Part shown: one piece after another, positions 9,262 to 17,085 of the stretch
Numbering within the stretch: the first letter of the stretch is position 1
Layout of the letters: each line of letters begins with the position of its first letter
Origin: Flavobacteriales bacterium
GTDB lineage: Bacteria > Bacteroidota > Bacteroidia > Flavobacteriales_F > PHOS-HE28
Assembly: GCA_023957375.1 (NCBI GenBank)
Contig: JAMLHB010000003.1
Coordinates: 5,830 to 69,829 of the forward strand
Length of the DNA stretch: 64,000 nt
Direction of reading: 5' to 3'
The notes under the pieces: generated by a model
What the model was told of the DNA's origin: nothing
Database searches by the model: none
What the model saw: only the letters and a program-made list of their open reading frames with translations
Position numbers and translations under genes: made by a program

Positions 9262-10401
9262 ATGGACATGAAGATTCTACTGATCGATGACGAACCACAA
9301 GAACAGTTCCGCGCACTCGCGCAGGCGCAGGAAATTGAGATCTTGCATGAACCCGATCGCCACGTTGACGAGTGCTTGGAGTTCCTGCGGCGAGAATATT
9401 GGGATATCGATGCGGTGATCGTGGATGGCAGACTGGATCCCAACCAACAATTTCAAGGCTTGAGCCGAACGACCGGCCGCATCCAGGAATTGAACGGGAC
9501 AAACCATTGGTGGAAACCATTTTGCGTCTGGACCGGCTATGCAGAGGATATAAGGAACGTGGTGGACCAGCATATCCAGGTCTTCGATAAGGCAGATGGC
9601 GGGCAACCGGTCCTGGACTACCTCAAAGGCATCATTGAAGATCTTCCCGCATACAGGGTGAAGATGAAATTCAAAGATGCCTTGCAAGCTTGTGACACAG
9701 CAAAATTGACCCCTGACTCAAAGAACCACATCAACGCCATACTTCGGAACCTGTTCGGAAACAGCACGCTTGATGAAGATTACCCCAAGCATTTACGCAG
9801 CTGCCTTGAATCGATGTTCCGCTCCGCCCATGGTCTTGGGCTCGTGCATGAGAAGTGCATTGAGAAGAACAGGGTGAATCTTACTGCATGTTCCTTGTTC
9901 CTTAGTGGACATCCCGTAGAAAAGCTCAATGTGAAATGTACCAAGCGCCACGCGCCGGAACTGGTCGGGCAACACATACACCATATCCTCAATGTCACCA
10001 ATGCATTCAGCCACAGCGAAGACCCGATCAAGGGCAAGCTCAATGCATATCGTGAATGGATAAAAACACCCTATCTATTGTACAGCCTTACTTTCGAACT
10101 ACTGGATGTGTTGGTGTGGTACAAAGCGTATGCTGAGGCTCATCCAAACATAGAAGACAACAAGAAATTATGGGTGGTTGATTCCCAAGAGGCCGAAAAC
10201 ATCCAAATGATTCCGGGCGTGATTACATTCATCCACCCGCAAGGGTATGGATTTTTCAGTGCGAGCACGGATGGCTCCGAAGCTTATATCCCACACGATG
10301 TGGTATCCGCGAATGAGCTCATCCAGGGGATGAAGATCGAGGTGGCTACAGTAACAAAAGCTAAAGGTCCGGTGGTGAAGAAGCTCAGAATCCTGGATTG
10401 A
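9262..10401 (+). CDS. Response-regulator receiver protein with an unknown middle region and a C-terminal cold-shock (OB-fold nucleic-acid-binding) domain
   Basis: REC: MKILLIDDE...DAVIVDGRLDP...CVWTGY...FDKADG. C-terminus: GVITFIHPQGYGFFSASTDGSEAYIPHDVV...GMKIEVATVTKAKGPVVKKLRI, which resembles the CspA pattern G.V.WFN..KGFGFI...G.DVFVH.S.......G..V.F....G.KGP.A..V. Confidence 0.65.
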   Translation: MDMKILLIDDEPQEQFRALAQAQEIEILHEPDRHVDECLEFLRREYWDIDAVIVDGRLDPNQQFQGLSRTTGRIQELNGTNHWWKPFCVWTGYAEDIRNVVDQHIQVFDKADGGQPVLDYLKGIIEDLPAYRVKMKFKDALQACDTAKLTPDSKNHINAILRNLFGNSTLDEDYPKHLRSCLESMFRSAHGLGLVHEKCIEKNRVNLTACSLFLSGHPVEKLNVKCTKRHAPELVGQHIHHILNVTNAFSHSEDPIKGKLNAYREWIKTPYLLYSLTFELLDVLVWYKAYAEAHPNIEDNKKLWVVDSQEAENIQMIPGVITFIHPQGYGFFSASTDGSEAYIPHDVVSANELIQGMKIEVATVTKAKGPVVKKLRILD

Positions 10402-10879
10402 AGCGAATATTCGTTCCGTCCGCCTCAATCACCCTCTCCACCTGCTCGCGTGGGAACCCCTTCCCCACAAAATACCGCACCACCTTCTCACGGCGGATCC
10501 ATGGGTCGGTTTCCTGGGTGCGCTCCCAGCACTTGGCCACGGCCAATTTCAGTTGTTCGCTTTCCTCCTCCCCATCGATGGCCTTTAAGCCTGAGGTGAT
10601 GCAGCTTGCCGAAACTCCTTTGGCCTTCAGCGCCAGCTCTATCTTCCTGCGCCCCCATCCCTTCTGGCGGCTCTTGCTCACGGCGTAGTGCTCCGCGAAG
10701 CGCGCCTCGTTGAGGAAGCCCTCACTAATGAGCTGCGCAATGACCTGTTCCACATCTTCCTTGTGGCTGCCCCAGGCATAGAGCTTGTCGCGCACTTCCT
10801 GTTGGGCGCGTTCTTGGCGGGCGCAGTAGGCGCGGGCTTTGGAGAGCAACGCGGTCAACATGGTTGGAGGCATGGCCAC
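10385..10879 (-). CDS. recX: Recombination regulator RecX
   Basis: 164 aa with the RecX-like helical repeat pattern (ARAYCARQERAQQEVRDKL...VIAQLISEGFLNEARFAEHY). Its 3' end overlaps the island gene convergently by ~17 nt. Confidence 0.65.
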   Translation of the reverse strand: MAMPPTMLTALLSKARAYCARQERAQQEVRDKLYAWGSHKEDVEQVIAQLISEGFLNEARFAEHYAVSKSRQKGWGRRKIELALKAKGVSASCITSGLKAIDGEEESEQLKLAVAKCWERTQETDPWIRREKVVRYFVGKGFPREQVERVIEADGTNIRFNPGF

Positions 10880-10912
10880 GGTAGATCACAAATAACGGAG
10901 GCAAAGGTTTGA

Positions 10913-10977
10913 TTTGTCCGATGTCTTATGTCCTATGCGGTACGCAATCGCGCATAGGACATAAGACATCGGACAAA
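10913..10977. repeat. Perfect 27 bp inverted repeat (hairpin, 11 nt loop) between rng and recX
   Basis: 10913-10939 tttgtccgatgtcttatgtcctatgcg, loop gtacgcaatcg, and 10951-10977 cgcataggacataagacatcggacaaa, which is the exact reverse complement. Confidence 0.9.
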
Positions 10978-10998
10978 GGCAGTATCTCCGACCTCCCC

Positions 10999-12546
10999 CT
11001 ACACCGCCACCTCCTTGCCCTCGCCATCAAAGACATGGAACTCGAGGTAGCGGCTGGAACCTTGTGGCACCACCTTCACCCATTTCTTCCAGCGCCACCA
11101 CCACTTGTGCTGGATGCTGGGCAGCCCCTTTGTGAAGTAGGAGGCAACGAAGGGATGCACGTGCAGACTGAGGCCGCCCATGTCCTTCTCTGATAACAGG
11201 TAGTTGAGGGCGTTCTCGATCTCGTCCACGATGAGCACGGGGGCGCTCACCTCTCCGGTGCCGCCGCAGGTGGGGCAAGCTTCGCTGGTATCGATCTCGG
11301 TTTCGGGACGCACGCGCTGGCGCGTCATTTCGATCACTCCGAACTTGCTTGGCGGAAGCACGTTGTGCTTGGCCTTGTCGTCCTCCATGGCGTCCTTGAG
11401 CGCCTTGTGGAGGGTGCGGCGGTTCTCCGGCTCATACAGGTCGATGAAATCCACGCAGATGATGCCGCCCATGTCGCGCAGGCGCAGCAGGCGTGCGATC
11501 TCCTTGGCAGCCTCCACGTTGATGGCTAAGGCGTTGGTCTCCTGGTCGTTGCGCCCGCCCTTGCGGCTGCCGCTGTTCACGTCGATGACGTGCATGGCCT
11601 CCGTCTTCTCGATGATGAGATAGGCTCCGCTGGGCAGCATGACCTGCCTGCCGAAAGCTTGTTTGATCTGCTTGTTGATCCCGAAGTTGTCGAAGATGTC
11701 CAGCTTGCCCTTGTACAGTTTCACAATGCCCACGCGGTCCGGTGCGGTGCGTTCCAAGGTCTGGCGCACTTCCTCCAACACCTGTTCGTCGTCCACGATG
11801 ATGCTGGTGAACTCCTTGTTGAGCACATCGCGCAGCACCGCGCTGGTGCGGTCCACTTCGCCGAGCACCTGCTTGGGGGGCATGGCGTTGCGCAGGTTGC
11901 GGAACATCTGGTCCCAGCGCTGCAGCAAGTGCTTCAGGTCGGCCTCCAGGTCCTCGGTGCGGCGGCCCTCGGCATTGGTGCGGATGATGATGCCGAAGTT
12001 CTTCGGGCGGATCTCCTGCAGGAGGGCTTTGAGGCGCTTGCGCTCGGCCTCGTCGGTGAGGCGGCTGCTGATGTGCACCCGGTTGGTAAAGGGTACCAGC
12101 ACCATGTAGCGGCCCGGCAGGGTCACTTCGGCAGTGAGGCGCGGGCCTTTGGTGCTGATGGGCTCCTTGGCGATCTGCACCAGGATGCTCTGGCTGGCGC
12201 TGAGCACATCGGGCAGCTTACCCTCCTTGGGGATGTCGGGATCGATCTTCCAGTCGTCCAGCAGGGAAGTTTTCACCGTGCCGCTCACCGCTCCCTTGGC
12301 AAACTTGTAGCTGTTGCGGTACTGCGGCCCCAGGTCGTAGTAATGCAGGAAGGCATCCTTTTCATGGCCCACGTCCACGAAGGCGGCATTGAGCCCTGGC
12401 GCCACCTTTCGGACCTTGGCCAAGTAAATGTCGCCCACGGCAAAGCCACGCTCGGTCCGCTCGCGGTGCAACTCCATGAGGAGCTTGTCGCGCAATACGG
12501 CGATGGCCACTTCGCTCCCTTGGGAACGGATGATCAGGTCTACGCT
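10999..12546 (-). CDS. rng: Ribonuclease G (Rne/Rng family). Likely GTG start at 12546; the upstream in-frame extension to 12636 is not used.
   Basis: The N-terminus VDLIIRSQGSEVAIAVLRDKLLMELHRER and the S1 region GDIYLAKVRKVAPGLNAAFVDVGHEKDAFLH are diagnostic of RNase G/E. Confidence 0.85.
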   Translation of the reverse strand, partial: SVDLIIRSQGSEVAIAVLRDKLLMELHRERTERGFAVGDIYLAKVRKVAPGLNAAFVDVGHEKDAFLHYYDLGPQYRNSYKFAKGAVSGTVKTSLLDDWKIDPDIPKEGKLPDVLSASQSILVQIAKEPISTKGPRLTAEVTLPGRYMVLVPFTNRVHISSRLTDEAERKRLKALLQEIRPKNFGIIIRTNAEGRRTEDLEADLKHLLQRWDQMFRNLRNAMPPKQVLGEVDRTSAVLRDVLNKEFTSIIVDDEQVLEEVRQTLERTAPDRVGIVKLYKGKLDIFDNFGINKQIKQAFGRQVMLPSGAYLIIEKTEAMHVIDVNSGSRKGGRNDQETNALAINVEAAKEIARLLRLRDMGGIICVDFIDLYEPENRRTLHKALKDAMEDDKAKHNVLPPSKFGVIEMTRQRVRPETEIDTSEACPTCGGTGEVSAPVLIVDEIENALNYLLSEKDMGGLSLHVHPFVASYFTKGLPSIQHKWWWRWKKWVKVVPQGSSRYLEFHVFDGEGKEVAV

Positions 12547-12658
12547 CACGTTGAAAAAGAAGGTAAGGTGACGCGCCCTGCCGGGCGCAGGATCACTGCA
12601 CGCACACACCCCGGGCCCGTTGCATATTGCGGGCACGGGAGGGCCGGGCCTTCAAGGC

Positions 12659-12754
12659 CTACCGGTTCTTCTTCTTGTGGCGGTTCTTGCGCAGGCGCTT
12701 TTTGCGCTTGTGCGTGGCCATTTTGTGCCGCTTTCTTTTCTTACCGCTGGGCAT
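12659..12754 (-). CDS. Tiny basic ribosomal protein bS22-like (31 aa; DUF1713/AURKAIP1-like)
   Basis: Reverse translation gives MPSGKKRKRHKMATHKRKKRLRKNRHKKKNR. It resembles mycobacterial/Bacteroidota bS22 (KKRRKRM.KKKHRK). It is not in the supplied ORF track, which omits very short ORFs. Confidence 0.6.
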   Translation of the reverse strand: MPSGKKRKRHKMATHKRKKRLRKNRHKKKNR

Positions 12755-12760
12755 GTGTGC

Positions 12761-13297
12761 TCAATGTTGTTGCTTGTTCCTTAGGTCTTGAATGTACCGC
12801 TCCGCCCCGTTCACCAAGGCGGTATCGGCCACGAGGGTCTTGTACGTCTCCAGTACCGCGATGGCCTTGTCCGTGCTGTCCAAGGTGGCGTAGGCCTGCC
12901 CGAGGTAGGCGTAAGCATCCGGGTGGCCCTTAGGGTCCAGTTCGATCACTTTCCGGAAGCGCTCCATGGCCTTGTCGTACTGGTTGGTCTGCCAGCTGAA
13001 AAGGCCCATGTGGTACTGGGCTTCCACGTTTTCCGGTTCCGCATCGGCCAGGTCGCGCAGCTTTACGATCACCTGCATGGGCGGCCCGCCTGAGGCCAGT
13101 TCACCCAGGATGGCGGACACCTTGGGGTCCGAGCTCACGGGGCCCTCGCGCTGGGGTTCCGCCTGTTCGCTCTGCTGTGCCTGTGCCGCGTTCTTCTCCG
13201 CTTGGCCGCCGGGCGTGCGCGGCGCCAGCGCCAACAGCACCAACACCACCACGGCGGCGGCGATCATCATCCAATGCCGGCGTTGAAGGCTCATCAA
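12761..13297 (-). CDS. TPR-repeat protein with N-terminal membrane anchor/signal
   Basis: Hydrophobic N-terminus followed by TPR-like helices (AQYHMGLFSWQTNQYDKAMERFRKVIELDP...AYAYLGQAY). Confidence 0.6.
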   Translation of the reverse strand: MMSLQRRHWMMIAAAVVVLVLLALAPRTPGGQAEKNAAQAQQSEQAEPQREGPVSSDPKVSAILGELASGGPPMQVIVKLRDLADAEPENVEAQYHMGLFSWQTNQYDKAMERFRKVIELDPKGHPDAYAYLGQAYATLDSTDKAIAVLETYKTLVADTALVNGAERYIQDLRNKQQH

Positions 13298-13587
13298 ACG
13301 GTCCGCTTGCCGCGGTTCTTCACCTTGTCCACGAACACGTCCGCCGGCTTGAACGAGGGGATGTCGTGCGCCGGGATGATGATCGACGTGTTGTTCTTCA
13401 GGATGCGGCCGGTCTTTTGCGCCCGGTGCTTCACCAAAAAGCTGCCGAAGCCCCGGAGGTGCACGTTCTCGCCAGCTTCCAGGTTGTTCTTCACCTCATC
13501 CATGAACGCTTCCACGGTGGCCAGCACCACGCTGCGCTCAATGCCTGTACGCTTGCTGATGTTCGCGACCAGTTCCGCCTTCGTCAT
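13294..13587 (-). CDS. hup: HU family DNA-binding protein
   Basis: MTKAELVANISKRTG...LRGFGSF.VK.RA.KTGR...IPA...P.FKP. The start was chosen at the internal Met of the longer ORF. Confidence 0.85.
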   Translation of the reverse strand: MTKAELVANISKRTGIERSVVLATVEAFMDEVKNNLEAGENVHLRGFGSFLVKHRAQKTGRILKNNTSIIIPAHDIPSFKPADVFVDKVKNRGKRTV

Positions 13588-13669
13588 TGCACGTCTCCTG
13601 TTTTTGGGGCTGCGAAGATAGTGCTTCCTTCGATCCGGCCACGCAGCGGGTTGCATCTTTGTCCCTGTA

Positions 13670-14718
13670 TGTCAACCCCTTCTTGGTTCAGCCGCCAATT
13701 GGTGCCGTGGTACCGGGCCGGGCACCGGCCTCTGCCTTGGCGGGAAACCAAGGATCCCTACCGCATCTGGCTCAGCGAGGTGATCCTGCAGCAAACCCGT
13801 GTGGACCAGGGGCTGGCCTACTACCAGCGCTTCCTGCAACGCTGGCCAAGCGTGGTGGACCTGGCCGGGGCCAGCGAGGAGCAGGTGCTGAAACAATGGC
13901 AGGGCTTGGGCTACTACAGCCGGGCGCGGAACCTGCTGGCGGCCGCACGGCAGGTGGTGCATGGGCATGGCGGCCGGTTCCCCACGACTCATGCAGAGCT
14001 GGTCGAGCTCAAAGGAGTCGGTGACTACACCGCCTCCGCTATCGCATCCATCTGCTTCGGCAAGCCCGATGCCGTGGTGGACGGCAATGTGTACCGCGTG
14101 CTCGCGCGCTTCGCCGGCATCGGAACGCCCATCGATTCCACTGAGGGCCGCAGGCAGTTCAAGGCGCTGGCCACCGAACTGCTGGACCCGGCGCACCCCG
14201 GCGACCACAACCAGGCGGTGATGGAATTAGGCGCCACCGTGTGTGTGCCGCGCAATCCGCTGTGCGATCGATGCCCGCTGCAGTCCAAGTGCGTGGCCTT
14301 TTCCACGGGCACCACAAGCGAACTGCCCGTGAAGGCGGGCCGGACCAAGACGCGCAACCGCTACTTCAACTACCTGCACATCAGCACCCCGAACGGGCTG
14401 TATATGCAACAACGGGGGCCGGGCGACATCTGGCAGGGCTTGTTTGAATTGCCGCTGATCGAAAGTGAACGGCCTTTGAAGCGACACGCCATGCTGACCA
14501 CCTTGAACAAAACATTCGGCCCGGGATGGAAGATCATCGCCGGCAGTGAACGGCCGGCCCATGTGCTCAGCCATCAGGTTATTCATGCCACCTTTTGGCG
14601 CGCAATTCCTTCAAAGACATTCACCATCCCTGCTCCTTGGCGCCTGCTGCCACTGGAAAGCGTACGCGACCTCGCCCTTCCAAAGCTGATGGAAAAGTGG
14701 ATGGATGAGCAATCGTGA
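13670..14718 (+). CDS. mutY: A/G-specific adenine DNA glycosylase MutY
   Basis: WYRAGHRPLPWRETKDPYRIWLSEVILQQTRV, HhH-GPD, and the Fe-S cluster cysteines CVPRNPLCDRCPLQSKC. Start at the internal ATG 13670. Confidence 0.85.
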
Positions 14719-15066
14719 TGCACGATCTGATGCTCCGGCTGCCATCGCAGGGCTATCGCCTCTTAATTCTGCGCCTGGCGGCGCTTATCCAATACTAGGG
14801 CGAACCACGCCCCGGTGAATACCGGGGCCACACGCCCCGGTGCCTGCCGGGGGGACACGGATCGCGAACGTCTCCGGTTATCGGACGCAAAAGCGTGGCT
14901 CACGTTCCACATCGCGTATTTATCAGTGTGCATCAGCGTTCATCCGTGGTTAAGAATTCGGGAGAGCCGCGACCGCAGGGCGCGCAAGAGGCGATAGCCC
15001 TGGCTGCCATCGCCTCGAACCGGATCAAAGCGCGTACATTTGGGAGTGCCTCGATCCCGCAAGAAC

Positions 15067-15483
15067 ATGAGGTCCTCCTTTCCATCCGGCATCGCGCCTG
15101 TATTGGCGCTTGTATGCAGCTTGGCGCTCGTGCAACACACAACGGCCCAAACCATCTCTTTTTATACAGATTGCCTGTGCCCTGTAAAGATCGTGTCCTC
15201 CTATGCCTCGGGCTGCCTTCTTGGACCATCCTCGCTTGGTGCTACCGTATCCGTGGACCACGCCAACTCCCCAGGGTCGATCACACCACCTCCGGGAAAG
15301 ATCATTGTCCAACTCGACTTCTATTTCCCGGCAACGGCCAGCACGCCGATCTATTCCTGGCATTGCAGTCCATCGGGCATGTTCAACCAAACGAGCGCGC
15401 CGGTTTACTGCGCTGGGAACGGATTTTCCGTGCGGGTCAATACGCAAGGCACACCTCCAACTTTCAGGCTGACATGTTTCTAA
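15067..15483 (+). CDS. Small secreted hypothetical protein (signal peptide, Cys-rich)
   Basis: MRSSFPSGIAPVLALVCSLALVQHTTAQ signal peptide. Its stop overlaps the downstream gene start by 10 nt. Confidence 0.4.
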   Translation: MRSSFPSGIAPVLALVCSLALVQHTTAQTISFYTDCLCPVKIVSSYASGCLLGPSSLGATVSVDHANSPGSITPPPGKIIVQLDFYFPATASTPIYSWHCSPSGMFNQTSAPVYCAGNGFSVRVNTQGTPPTFRLTCF

Positions 15484-17006
15484 GGAAGACCGGCATTCGG
15501 CCCGGCTACGGGCTGCTGCTCGCCTGCCTCTTCGTGCAGACCTCAAGCCAATTGGCTGCACAGGCCCGCAATTCCAACTGGATCTTTGCACCGGGCATTT
15601 GGCTGCATTTCGAGCCGGACACCATCCTTGCCTTTCCCATGGCCGACACGGTTTCCCTGCGGAATGCATCCATCAGCGATACCACGGGGCAATTCGCTCT
15701 GCTGGCCGATGATTTCGGCATCCGCAATGCGCTCTTTGAAACAGTCGCCGGGGGTAGTGCGGCCGAACTTGGCTGGAACGTGCCCGCCGCCAGTTATTTG
15801 ATCCTGCCCCTACCTGGACAAGCCGACCAATACGGGGTCTTCATCAATGAACGGCCACCCGGTTCCCGTGCCGGATTTGTGCAAGTGGACCTGGGCGCAA
15901 ACAATGGGGCCGGCACTGTGCTGGGGGGCACGACCTGGTACTTGGAGCATGCCACCGCCAAGCTTACGGCCACCACCGATTCCACCGAAACAGGCTATTG
16001 GATCCTGCAACATGACGAGTCAGGCGATGCATTCCGTGCATTCCACCTCACCGCTGCGGGCCTTGACCCGGCCCCGGTCATTTCCCACGTTGGCACGAGC
16101 TACCTGCCAGACACCTCACCGAAGGAAAACATTGACCGGTACGGGCAGATGAATTTCAATTTTCAGGGCGACCTGGTGGCGGCCATCAAAAACGGCCCAT
16201 CCATCGACACCAGCAAGGTGGAACTCTTCCGGTTCAACCGGGCCACCGGCGAGCTGCAAATGGAGGCGGAGGTCGGAGCGCTCTATTACGATGGCAATGC
16301 GGGGCCTGCGGGATTGCTGCAAGCCCTCCTGCAAGGCGTGGATTTCAGCCTGGGCGGGTCGTACATGGTTGTTGGGCATATTGACACGTTGTCCACCATG
16401 AACAACTCAAGGATCGTTCGGTATCCCCTTGGTGCACCATGGGACAGCCTGATCACTTCTTCAAGCTCATTGATCAATGGCGTTTCGGGCGATACCCTGC
16501 GGTATGACACCCGGTACGGAATTCAATTTGCCACTACACCCTATGGGAAAATATTGATCCGTCGGCCCTACCGCCCCGCAGACCTGATACTCAATTTCCA
16601 ACACATGTTCGAGATCGCGATCCCCGATCCGGGTCCATTCTCGGGCTGGACCTACTATGCCTTCGCGGGTATGCCTGTACCGGGAGGGTTCCCATCCCCG
16701 TGCAAGCGCTATGTGGATAGCACACCCCTGATCACCGGAATTGGCCAGTTGACCACCTTTCATACCGAGGTCGGCATTCGGCCCAATCCAATGGCCGACC
16801 AAGCTACCTTGTTCTATCGCGGTAATGACAGTCCAAAAAGCGTGGTGTGGCGGGATGCCTTGGGCCGCGAGGTACGCCGGACGACCTGGCGCATGGCCGG
16901 TTCCACCCATACGCTTGAGCGCAACGGGCTGCCCGCCGGGGTGTACTTTGTTGAAGTACTTGGCGAGCGGGGTGTGCTCGGCGCGGTAAAACTGTTCTGT
17001 GAATGA
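15474..17006 (+). CDS. Secreted hypothetical protein with T9SS type-A C-terminal sorting domain
   Basis: Signal peptide MFLRKTGIRPGYGLLLACLFVQTSSQLAAQA. The C-terminus IRPNPMADQATLFY...LPAGVYFVEVLGERGVLGAVKLF fits the Por_Secre_tail pattern. Confidence 0.65.
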   Translation: MFLRKTGIRPGYGLLLACLFVQTSSQLAAQARNSNWIFAPGIWLHFEPDTILAFPMADTVSLRNASISDTTGQFALLADDFGIRNALFETVAGGSAAELGWNVPAASYLILPLPGQADQYGVFINERPPGSRAGFVQVDLGANNGAGTVLGGTTWYLEHATAKLTATTDSTETGYWILQHDESGDAFRAFHLTAAGLDPAPVISHVGTSYLPDTSPKENIDRYGQMNFNFQGDLVAAIKNGPSIDTSKVELFRFNRATGELQMEAEVGALYYDGNAGPAGLLQALLQGVDFSLGGSYMVVGHIDTLSTMNNSRIVRYPLGAPWDSLITSSSSLINGVSGDTLRYDTRYGIQFATTPYGKILIRRPYRPADLILNFQHMFEIAIPDPGPFSGWTYYAFAGMPVPGGFPSPCKRYVDSTPLITGIGQLTTFHTEVGIRPNPMADQATLFYRGNDSPKSVVWRDALGREVRRTTWRMAGSTHTLERNGLPAGVYFVEVLGERGVLGAVKLFCE

Positions 17007-17085
17007 GCCGCTGCCGGAAACCGCAACAGCCACAGGACCGTATGTCGCCGCCCCACGGCAACTACCCCAAGCATACCTTGGCCGA

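Noticed and set aside
12547-12636. Upstream in-frame extension of rng (MPAICNGPGVCACSDP...)
   Set aside because: RNase G homology begins at VDLIIRSQG. The extension is Cys/Pro/Gly-rich GC noise, so a GTG start at 12546 is more plausible.
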